Below are positions 52,734 through 61,784 of a DNA stretch of 64,000 nt, piece after piece. The notes under the pieces are model-generated. The model saw nothing but the letters and a program-made list of their open reading frames with translations. It was not told the DNA's origin and searched no databases. The position numbers and the translations under genes were made by a program. How positions within the stretch are numbered: position 1 is the first letter of the stretch; each line of letters starts with the position of its first letter. Source of the stretch: Pelagomonas calceolata (Eukaryota); contig CAKKNE010000005.1 in NCBI GenBank assembly GCA_918797485.1, forward strand, positions 2,170,001-2,234,000. The letters run 5' to 3'.

Positions 52734-55667
52734 TTACAGCGCGCCCGCGGCCTTGGCCTCGGGCGTCTTCGCCCTTTGAGCGGCCGCAGGAGCCGGCGCC
52801 GGCGCCGGCGCCCCCACCGGCGCCAGTAGGGAAGACCGCCGCCTAGTTGATCGCCGTTTCCGCCTAGTTGACCGCCTCCGTCTTTTAGGATAGGCCTCCC
52901 CGACGTGCGTGCAGAACAAATCCACTTCCGAATAGAACTTCTTCGCATGTCTTCTGAGAACATCGGGATCTAATGAAGGAGCAGCTAAATCGGCAATCAC
53001 CTGGGGCAAATCTTCGTCCTTCACGTTGTAAGTGAGTTGCGCCGCCGTCACCAAATACTCCTTCAGCGCTTTAGCAAATGCGGAGCATCGAGGAGCCACC
53101 ACTCGCTCACTAAACGCACCAACAATCAGAGATGCCTCACAAGCGCACTCGGCCATCTTCGCCGTCGAGCCGTCCTTCATGCCGCCCGCGAGCTGCGGCA
53201 GCACGAACTTCTGGAAGGCTTCCCGCGTGGCTTCGACCATGTCTCGCAATAGATCCATCGACTCGTCGAAGTGCTTCTTGCACTCGGCTTCGTCGAAAGT
53301 TGCTAAGTCCTCCAAGTTATGGACGAGTGGAGCCTCGCTTTCATCTGCTAGATCTTGCATTAATGAAGAAGTCTCCTCGACCCGAGCGTTATCAATCTTC
53401 AATTGCGCAAACATGGTCTTGAACCGCTCCCGCCGCTTCAAAAAGTCGATATTGTGCGCTAAGAATTTGTCCTCCGACACAAGTCTAGTAGAAACATCCC
53501 GTTTTTCTTGATTCTTCAGTTGTTCCTGCCAGACTTTGAAATAGTTATCAATAGCGTCCATGGCCTCCTTCTCGACGTCCCGGTCTCCATCGGTCGCGTC
53601 GGGGTCGTAGACGGGCCCGCTATCCTCCGAATCAGATCCGCTCTCATCGATGGTCTGCGGGATTTCTATACTATAAGAATCCATGGACCGCGACCTTCTG
53701 CGACTGCCGGACGCTACCGACACGTCATCCGACAAAAACGAGTCCTTCTCGGACTCGCCGTCGGGGTCCCGCAGAATCTGCTGGCGCATCTTCGCCGTGA
53801 GCGATTCGTCTCGTTTGATGTCCGTGACGAACTGGTCCTCGCTCCCTAAATCGTAGGCCCAGGATTTTGCTTTACCTAACAATCTAGCCTTCCGTTTTTG
53901 AATTTTCGAGACTTGATCTAATGATATGAGCTCTGCAACTTCCGTGACTTCGGAGAAGTCGTCCTCTTCATCCTCCGTGCCGAACTGGTAGGGGCATATC
54001 GAGGACTTGGTGGTGTGTCTGTTAATAAGTAGATCTCGGTTCGGAATGTGCCACTCGGGCCCGTACACCAATGAAGGGCAATCCGTTTTATTGGTCAATA
54101 CCGTGCCTTCGGTGATGACCGATATTTGTTTGTTGATGGGTGACGAGGCCTCCTGACTATCCTGTGTCAGGAAGGTGTGCGTCGGCGGCGCTCTTTGCAC
54201 TTGTGGGGCCCGTTCCCGCATTTCGGACGGTCTTAACTTCACAATTGTTTTCTCGTCGGGCGCGATCACCGGTGGCCCACACGTGGGAAAGCGCGACGCG
54301 AAGTAGTTGTGCGGGTACCGTTCCTTCTCGGTGTGTGGTGCTAGGACTTTCTGTTCATCCAAAGCTTCGCGCTCCATGACCACATGCCTTAGTAAGGTAC
54401 AAAACAACTTGCCACCGGGCAGCCGGGGCGCGTCGTCGCCTTTCTTAAGTAATATCGGTTCGTCGGCGTCGCGGTCGTAGCCGCGGCGACCCATCCTGTT
54501 CGCATGTGAACGACGCATGCTCTTAATAGCCTTCTGCATCAATAACTCGCCCCTTTGTTCTTTATAGGACAAATCATTCATATTTTCATTTGTGAGTGTC
54601 GCAATCCGCAAGACCCAACAACCAGTTCTTTCTACTCGGTAGCCAGGATATTCTGTTACTTTCGGGACTCGCTCCAACGACGTATTACCGTTCCGATCCA
54701 TGGTCACGTGGAAAAAGTCCTGCTCCAAATACACAAGGTCACCGTTACATACAAATCCGCCCCGCTCGGCAGCCTTTTCTGCGGTTTCGTCATTTGCTGG
54801 TAATAATCTCCATCTACCTAGCGTCAGAGCGGCCTTGTTTCTATGACGCATCTCGTGGAACGACATGGCCTCTTTTCCCGTCGGGAGCATGGCCCTCACG
54901 GGCGCCGGCGCGCCGAGACCCGTCTCGACTTGGTCGCCTCCAATATACTCAGCCACATTCGGGTCTATAGGTACTGTCGGCAGATTACAAGCACCGACAA
55001 CCTTGGCACCCACCACACTCCCATGTCTCCAGGACGGCTCGCCGGGGCCGCCACAGATTTGCAGCCACACCGCGTCCCCAAATCTACAAGCTTTATGTGA
55101 TCCTGGCTCTTCTAGTTCTAACAACTTGAACAGCACCACGTCCTTGGGTCCTATATGACTGGTAGCGACGATTCTCCCATCTTCTTGACTCTTGACGCAA
55201 AACGCGTCGTTGTTCACATGAGCTTGCAAGGCGATCGCGGCCCCAAAGTGCAAGCGCGTGTTGTTGTCCGTCGCGAGAGAACCTTCGAAACGACTCGCGG
55301 CTTTGGTCTTGGGCCCCTTTCTTTTCCTAGAGCCATAATACCCAGGAGGTAAGGGCAGGGGCTTGTCTCTCGCCTTCCGTCGCTCTCGAGCTTCCAGGTC
55401 AAAGTCTCGAGCCTTCTGCGTCGCCTCGGACGCGCTCAGACCGGAATCGCGCGGGGCGTCGCCTTTGTGGCTCTTTCTCCATATTCTCTCGTTGACCGTG
55501 TAGAGGCGCTGGTGCTTGCTGACTTGGGTTTTGCGATCACTCGCTTTCTTTAGCAGTCGCCAGAGCTGGCCGTTGTGCGGGTAGCTCCGCGGGTCCCGCT
55601 TGATGTTCTGCGGCGGGCGGCCGTAGCCGCTCCAGCGCTTCTCCGCCGCCTCCTGGGCGCCGGGCAT
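52734..55667 (-). CDS. Hypothetical protein, 977 aa
   Basis: Long uninterrupted ORF with globular and acidic segments; family not recognised. Confidence 0.75.
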   Translation of the reverse strand: MPGAQEAAEKRWSGYGRPPQNIKRDPRSYPHNGQLWRLLKKASDRKTQVSKHQRLYTVNERIWRKSHKGDAPRDSGLSASEATQKARDFDLEARERRKARDKPLPLPPGYYGSRKRKGPKTKAASRFEGSLATDNNTRLHFGAAIALQAHVNNDAFCVKSQEDGRIVATSHIGPKDVVLFKLLELEEPGSHKACRFGDAVWLQICGGPGEPSWRHGSVVGAKVVGACNLPTVPIDPNVAEYIGGDQVETGLGAPAPVRAMLPTGKEAMSFHEMRHRNKAALTLGRWRLLPANDETAEKAAERGGFVCNGDLVYLEQDFFHVTMDRNGNTSLERVPKVTEYPGYRVERTGCWVLRIATLTNENMNDLSYKEQRGELLMQKAIKSMRRSHANRMGRRGYDRDADEPILLKKGDDAPRLPGGKLFCTLLRHVVMEREALDEQKVLAPHTEKERYPHNYFASRFPTCGPPVIAPDEKTIVKLRPSEMRERAPQVQRAPPTHTFLTQDSQEASSPINKQISVITEGTVLTNKTDCPSLVYGPEWHIPNRDLLINRHTTKSSICPYQFGTEDEEDDFSEVTEVAELISLDQVSKIQKRKARLLGKAKSWAYDLGSEDQFVTDIKRDESLTAKMRQQILRDPDGESEKDSFLSDDVSVASGSRRRSRSMDSYSIEIPQTIDESGSDSEDSGPVYDPDATDGDRDVEKEAMDAIDNYFKVWQEQLKNQEKRDVSTRLVSEDKFLAHNIDFLKRRERFKTMFAQLKIDNARVEETSSLMQDLADESEAPLVHNLEDLATFDEAECKKHFDESMDLLRDMVEATREAFQKFVLPQLAGGMKDGSTAKMAECACEASLIVGAFSERVVAPRCSAFAKALKEYLVTAAQLTYNVKDEDLPQVIADLAAPSLDPDVLRRHAKKFYSEVDLFCTHVGEAYPKRRRRSTRRKRRSTRRRSSLLAPVGAPAPAPAPAAAQRAKTPEAKAAGAL

Positions 55668-56103
55668 TTTGTCCTGTCTCTGGCGTCGGAGGCGTCTTAT
55701 CCAAACAGCGTGCGCCGGGCAAGCTGGCGTGCCAGGCCCTGAGGCTCAGGACAAAAGGCTGCCCCTGGCCTCCTTGAGCCGTCGGCCGGCGGCAGCAAGC
55801 CCTTCACGGCAGCCGGATGATGCACCGACGCCGTCGGGCCGCCTCGGCCCGGGGCGAGCGCTGCTGCAAAGGGCTGCACGACGCGCGCTGCGGACTGCCA
55901 TGGAGATGCTGGCCGACCCCCTACTCGGCGCCGCTCCGGACTACCACAAGGGTGCGTGACGTTTCCCCAGCCAATATGGACGCGCTTTCGAGAGCTAGAA
56001 AAATTTGTTCTCTTGTGGCTCGTCGACGTCGGGCCGCGCGGCGACGGCGACTAGAAGACTCGAAACGATGGGATTTATACACGATGCCGTCGCCGCGAGA
56101 GCT

Positions 56104-56718
56104 CTAGTCTAGCATCCGCCGCTTGTCCTCCAGCGTGGGCCCCGTCTCGACGTCGGGCGCGACGAGGTCCTCCTCCGAGATCGCGCGCGTGACGGGCGCG
56201 TACTGGTCCTCCTTCGCGCGGCAGAGCCGCGTCATCGAGAAGGCGCAGGTCACGAAGATGAAGAGCGCGACGACGACCTCCGTCGGCGCCCACTTCGCCT
56301 CGTAATTGATGTCCTCGGTGACGTCGATGGCGACCGCCTCCGCGATCACTGCCGGTTTGGAATCCTCAAGCGTAGACTCGGGCTCGAGCGCGCCCGCCGC
56401 GGGCTGCTCGGCGGGCTCCTCCGCTTCCGTGGGCTCGGGCGCGGCCGCCGCGGGCTGCGCGGCGGGCTCCTCCTCCGCTTCGGCGGCTGCGTCGTCGTAG
56501 AAGTTGGACCCGTCGCCGGTCGCCGCGTCGGCGTCGGCGTCGTCGTCCTGGGCACCGTACTCGTAGTAATTGTCGTCCTGTGAACCGTACTCGTAGCCGT
56601 CGTCGCCCTGGGCGCCGTAGCCGCCGGGTAGAGTTGCGTCGGGTTCGTCGACGCACGGGCCCTCCGCCGCCACGCGCGAGAGCGCGACCGCCAGGGTGAA
56701 ATATTTGAGGAGAGGCAT
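56104..56718 (-). CDS. Type I membrane protein with an acidic repeat ectodomain
   Basis: Signal peptide, YGAQGDD/YGSQDD/YGAQDD repeats, single TM. Confidence 0.7.
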   Translation of the reverse strand: MPLLKYFTLAVALSRVAAEGPCVDEPDATLPGGYGAQGDDGYEYGSQDDNYYEYGAQDDDADADAATGDGSNFYDDAAAEAEEEPAAQPAAAAPEPTEAEEPAEQPAAGALEPESTLEDSKPAVIAEAVAIDVTEDINYEAKWAPTEVVVALFIFVTCAFSMTRLCRAKEDQYAPVTRAISEEDLVAPDVETGPTLEDKRRMLD

Positions 56719-57204
56719 TTCGATATTTTATCGCACCACTTCGCCCGCCCGCAAGGGGTCGAGCGTCCGTTGGCTACTCCTTTGTGTTGACCAGATTTTT
56801 CAGATTGCGGTTTCGCTCGCGCTCGCCGCGATTCGGCCTCGCCGGCCGTATCAACCTTTGATTTGCACCTCCCTTAACGTCTCTTCACTCGTCCGATGGT
56901 CGGCGTTAGCTCGACCCGATGACGATTGCGTTGCCTGTAAACCCGTCACATTCGAGCACGCAAGAGAGCCCTCGTTGCTCAGAGAGGGCTAAGGAAGAGA
57001 CACGGCACCGTCGATCGACTTCTGCGAAAGCCAGCATACCCGCACAGCGCTCTGGAAAGTTGAAACGCCGGCAGAGCGTCTTCTAAAGCGCCGCGCAAGC
57101 CGCGCTGGACGTAGAGACTAGCGCATCACTCGCCCGACAGCCCTGTGCAACTGCTCGCCAAGTGGCAGCCGCGACCGTGCCCTAGCACTGGAGATATCGC
57201 CGCC

Positions 57205-58584
57205 ATGCTGCTCCGCCACCTCGCGACAAGAGCGCCGCGCGCCGCCGCCGCAAGACCGTTAGGATCCTGGACGAGCCGCCCGCACAAGGACGGCAACTAC
57301 AAGATGAACGGCGCGAAGATGATGTTCGTCGTGAGGCACGCCGAGCGCCACGACCGGTCGACGCCCGACGGGTGGTCGGAGCTGGCATTGAGACCCCAGG
57401 ACACGCCACTCTCGCAGCGCGGTTTGCGGCAAAGTCGTAGATTAGGCAAGTGGTTCTACGGCAAGCTGCCGATCCACCGACCTTTGGCCATTTTCGCGTC
57501 TCCCTTCATCCGCTGCATCCAGACTGCCGACGCCATCGCCGTCGAGCTGGAAGGTCTGCAGCGGGCGGGCGTCTTCGGCAAGGACAACCACTCCATAAAA
57601 ATCTGCGTCGAGCCGGGACTCGTGGAGGACATGCGGTACATGGGCGGTCTCAAGCACCGGGAGCCCTGGTACCTCAAGGCGGCGGATCTGATCTGCATCT
57701 CGCCTCGAGTCGATCTGACGTACCAGCCGCTGCGCGACGTCCAGTTCCAGCGGGGCCCGACGTACCCCGGCCCCTGTGTGGAAGTGGGCGACCCCGTCCA
57801 CCGACTGAACACGATCGCGCACGAGATCGCGCAGCATCCTTTGGTGGCGGCCGGTGGGACGGCCATCGCCGTCACGCACGGGAAACCGTCAGCTGACTTA
57901 ATCCGCTCCTTACAGCCGGCGCCGAACGGCATCGCTCTACCTTCCTACGAGCGCATCAAGGCGGGCAAGTACGACGGGCCGCCCTTACATTATACTGCGG
58001 TTACGGCCCTACAGAGAGATGATGATGATGATTCGTGGGACCTCGCACCAGGTTTTGAACTGTTTTCTAATTCTCATGATCCGAGATTAGTGGCCCTGAG
58101 GCAGAACGACGCCGACCGAGCCACAAGATATGTGGTAGGGGAACCTGCCAAAGCACCTAGATACGTCGTCGGCGAGACGAACTTGACGAGTGGCGGCCCC
58201 GTCCTCAAGGGCAAGTGGCGGCCCTGCGGCGCGATTGAGTTGGAGGCTATCGAGTTACGCTCAGCTCACGTCGAAGCGGGCCAGCGCGTCACGGTCACAG
58301 GGCCGGACGGCGGCGAGGCCGTGTCTATAACATTACCGCAGGAGTACCGGCCCGGCGACGTGGTGCGGGTACGATTGATTGGAGACGCGTGCCGGACGGA
58401 AAACGAGGAGACCGAGAAGGTGTTAGCGAAGCGTTTTGGAGGAGGCATGATGTATGGGTCGTCCTGCACGCCGCCCACCAACGCTATTGATGATGAAAAA
58501 GATGCGAAGAAGCTCGATAAGGCCGTCGAGGCGTCGCAGAAGCCGGCGACCGAGGAGGTCGCCGCCGCGAAGGCCGTCGCGTGA
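57205..58584 (+). CDS. Histidine phosphatase (phosphoglycerate mutase-like) family protein
   Basis: FVVRHAER, DTPLSQRG, ASPFIRCIQTA, VEPGLVE, VTHG. Confidence 0.85.
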   Translation: MLLRHLATRAPRAAAARPLGSWTSRPHKDGNYKMNGAKMMFVVRHAERHDRSTPDGWSELALRPQDTPLSQRGLRQSRRLGKWFYGKLPIHRPLAIFASPFIRCIQTADAIAVELEGLQRAGVFGKDNHSIKICVEPGLVEDMRYMGGLKHREPWYLKAADLICISPRVDLTYQPLRDVQFQRGPTYPGPCVEVGDPVHRLNTIAHEIAQHPLVAAGGTAIAVTHGKPSADLIRSLQPAPNGIALPSYERIKAGKYDGPPLHYTAVTALQRDDDDDSWDLAPGFELFSNSHDPRLVALRQNDADRATRYVVGEPAKAPRYVVGETNLTSGGPVLKGKWRPCGAIELEAIELRSAHVEAGQRVTVTGPDGGEAVSITLPQEYRPGDVVRVRLIGDACRTENEETEKVLAKRFGGGMMYGSSCTPPTNAIDDEKDAKKLDKAVEASQKPATEEVAAAKAVA

Positions 58585-58635
58585 CTTCCTCTCCCCCGCG
58601 TTTGAGTGTATAGATTTGAATCATGCGATTAATCG

Positions 58636-59895
58636 TTAAGCGCGTATCGCCTCCGCCGGCGGCGCGGACGGGATGGGCACCGCGACGGGAACGTCGCCGA
58701 GATCGGGGCTCGGCTCGTAGGAGATGACCTCGCCCCAGGCCAGACCGTCGTCGTCGTCGTCGTCGTCGCGCTCGGCGCCCGCGAACACCGCCGTGGCCCG
58801 CCACGGCGCCGTGCGGTAGATCTGGACGTCCATAAGCCGTAGCCGGGCGCTCCGCACGGCCACCGCCGTCGTCGTCGCCTCAATCTTGAGCCAGTAGCGC
58901 ACCTTGATCGTCGGGCTGTCGATGGAGAACAGCTGGAAGCCCCGCGGTCCCCGCACGACCGCCGGCAGCGGGAGCTCGCCGCGCCGCATCGGCAGACCGT
59001 CGAACCCGAAAACACCTCCGGCCTCGACGCCGGCAAACGAACGACAAACGATCGTGTTCTTGAACCGTTTCTGGTGACCGCGGGCCTTGAACCAGATCTG
59101 GCGCTTGATTTTGATCTTGACCGCGGACAACGCTCGCGACGACTCGTTCCGGATGCCGTAGTCGACGGCGGGTGTCTCGCCGCCCTCGTACGCGTTTTTT
59201 GTACACTGTGCGACCAAATCAACACGTCCAGAAGGAATACAGAAACACGTATTCAGCTCTATCACTTCGCTGCGCTGCGCCGCCTTCATTGGCGGCGGAG
59301 ACGCGGGCCGCGGACGTTGAGGACGAACGCGTTCGCCTTGGGGTATTTCCGCCGCGCGGTGTCGACGAAGGGCGCGAAACAGCTGAGGTTCCCATCGGCG
59401 ACGACCGTGGCGTAGCCTGAGTCTGTGAAGCGGACCAGCAGCCCCGTCGTCTTGTTGAACGTGCCCCCGAGCGGGTTGCGCGCGAGCAACGGATTGTCCA
59501 CCGCGCACGAGGCGAGCGACGCGAACGTCGCGTTGTCGTAGAAACGGGCTCGCTCTATTACGAGTGGCGCGGTCGGCGGCGTCGTTCGCCACAGATTCGC
59601 GTCCGGGTCCGCGAACATGCTCGCGTATCTCTAGGCGGGCCGTCTTCGCGTCCGAAAATACCGCCCCGGCCCAGTCCTTGATCGACTTTTGTTCAATGTC
59701 GATGCTCGCGCCCGTGATGTTCTCGAACTCCAATTTCCTCTGGTAGAGGTTCGGGAGCTTGCTCTCGTCGAGCGCTAGGAGCCGGGCGTGCGTGCCCGCC
59801 CAGCGGCCCTCGGCGCCGGTGGCGCAGGAATCCTTCTGGGCGCCGGCGCGGGCCGCGAGGAACACCAGTGTGAGGCTCCTGAGGGCGCGCGCCAT
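58636..59895 (-). pseudogene. Mosaic ORF: solute-binding-like N-terminus, out-of-frame foreign fragment, arrestin-C-like fragment
   Basis: Middle part is coding-like only in another frame (ORF 59286-59618); KNAYEGGET...IRNESS...IKVRYWLKIE resembles arrestin C. Confidence 0.45.
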
Positions 59896-60080
59896 CCCTC
59901 GTGCCGCTGTTCTCGTTCAGGACTGTGCTGGGAAAAAATGGCCCAAAGATTGAAAGCCTGCTAGGGTCCAGGACTTCGCCCCTTCTGCGCCAGGTCGATA
60001 AACCTGTTGCAGTTCTGCCCTTTCTCACGTCAATCTACGCGGGACGGTCGACGCCCCGATAGCGCCGTCTTTGCTTGCTT

Positions 60081-60103
60081 GCTAGTGTCTTACAGGCCGC
60101 TAG
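60081..60103 (+). promoter_or_regulatory. CTAG-bounded upstream motif
   Basis: gctagtgtcttacaggccgctag preceded by ttgcttgctt. Confidence 0.65.
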
Positions 60104-60209
60104 TAAACGGCGGCCCGACTCTCTCCCTTTCGGGGTTTTCCGGGACTACTCGACTTAACGGGCGTTCTTACTTCAGCCTCAATCGCGACGACGGGGTAGG
60201 AGCGACCTC

Positions 60210-61332
60210 CTACACCGCCCCCGGCGCCGTCTCGCCAGCCGGGGGCGCGGCGGCCGCCGGCTCCGCCGCTGGGGCCACGGGAGCCGCGGGCGCCGCCGGA
60301 GGCAAGGCGAACGGGGAAGGCACGGGGGCCGGCGGAGCCACGGCCACCGCCGGAACCGCGGGCGCCGCGGGCGCCGCCGGCGTCGGCTCGTCGGCCGCGA
60401 GCGCGGCGACGATGTCGTTCGACAGCGCGTCCGCCGGCGGCACGGCCGCGGCCGCGACCGCGACCGGGGCCGGGTCGCTGCGCAGCTGCTTCTTCTCGGA
60501 CGGCGGCGCGACGGCGCCGTCGTCATCCTCACCATCATCACTCGGAATGTCGTTGTTCCTGGTGCGCTTCTTCGATGCGGAAGGCGGCCCGGCCGCCGGC
60601 CGACCTCCCCAGTCGTCGTCCGAGTCCTCGTCGGGCGAATCGACCTGCGTCGCGGCGATGTGCCGGAGGGGTAGGCGTGGGGGACAGATCGTACGCCATC
60701 GACGCGACGCGAGAGTGTTAGACACGGCGTTGGACCTCCTCATTAGGGTCGAACTTCGAGGCCTTGGACTTGACCGAGTCATCGTCCTCAGCTGCTTTGA
60801 GCTCTTTTGCGCTCATCGGCTTCGACTGCTCGATCTCGTGCGCCTCGAGGTCCTCGTGGTCGCCAATCAACTCGCCGCCCGTGTAGCGGATCTTGTACAA
60901 AGCGGCAGGTCTCCCGGCGTCGTCGAAGAAGTCCGACTCTGATGCCGGCAGCCAAGCGACGCACTTCGCCGGCACGTGCGAGATGACCAACCCCTTGTCG
61001 TCCGTCAGCGACCGGAACAAATCCAAACCCAGGTAGTCCGACCCCGAGATGCGCCACGTCTCGTCCCCAAATTTCGCGGATGCGAGGGTTGTGGGCGGCG
61101 CCGGCGGCGCGACGTAGACGGGCGGCGGCGGCGGCGCGTAGACGGGCGGCGCCTGCGCGAGGGCCGCGAAGACGTCCGCTTGAGTGGATGGCGTCTGGTA
61201 GTATGCCTGCTGCGGCGCCTGGTAGGCCTGTGCCGGCGGGGCTTGCCCGTACGGGTAGCCGTACGCGGGCGCCTGCGGCTGGCCGTAGGGGTTCGGCGGG
61301 GCGTTGCTCGTGGGCCGCTGGCTCGGGTCCAT
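60210..61332 (-). CDS. Hypothetical protein, Pro/Tyr/Gln-rich N-terminus and Tudor-like core (exons 61332-60736, 60644-60210)
   Basis: WLPASESDF...LYKIRYTGGELIGDHEDLE; splicing gives FDPNEE|VDSPDEDSDDD. Confidence 0.7.
60645..60735 (-). other. 91-nt GT-AG intron, decayed introner-like
   Basis: Internal CGCGTCGATGGCGT; ends ACGCAG; restores frame. Confidence 0.65.
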
Positions 61333-61784
61333 GGCTCTGGTCGCGTCGTCGCACCAGAGGACGGTCCTAGGATCCAGCTTGCAGGGGCTGGGAGGCTGGG
61401 GGAGGCTAGGAATGTCGGAGTTATCCGCGGCAGCTGGCGTAAATTATGATGGACCTTTCGATACGCTGTTCAGTTGTGCGCCGAGTCCCGCGGCCGCGTA
61501 CACAGCAGCAATGGCTTTAACAGAGGCAGGCTGTGTGAGAGCTCGGCATCGCGCCGCGCAACACAGATACATCTCTAAGGCGTCGCGCGCGGGCGAGGGG
61601 CCCGCACGAAGGTGTCAGGACGGGTAGATCAAAACGCGGCTAGTGTGTCTATACACTATTTTGGCCTCCCGAGGGGCGAATCGAAAACGAGCGCGCTCGG
61701 CCGCAATACACAGCAGGAACGCGTCTGAGTTGATCTGTTTGATCAATAACAACAGCAGAACCAGCGCTGCAAGCCCAAGACACG

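Noticed and set aside
7311..60103. CTAG-bounded motif read as CRISPR repeats or Helitron 3' ends
   Set aside because: Copies are kilobases apart in both orientations with no spacers, and I saw no shared hairpin or flanking homology
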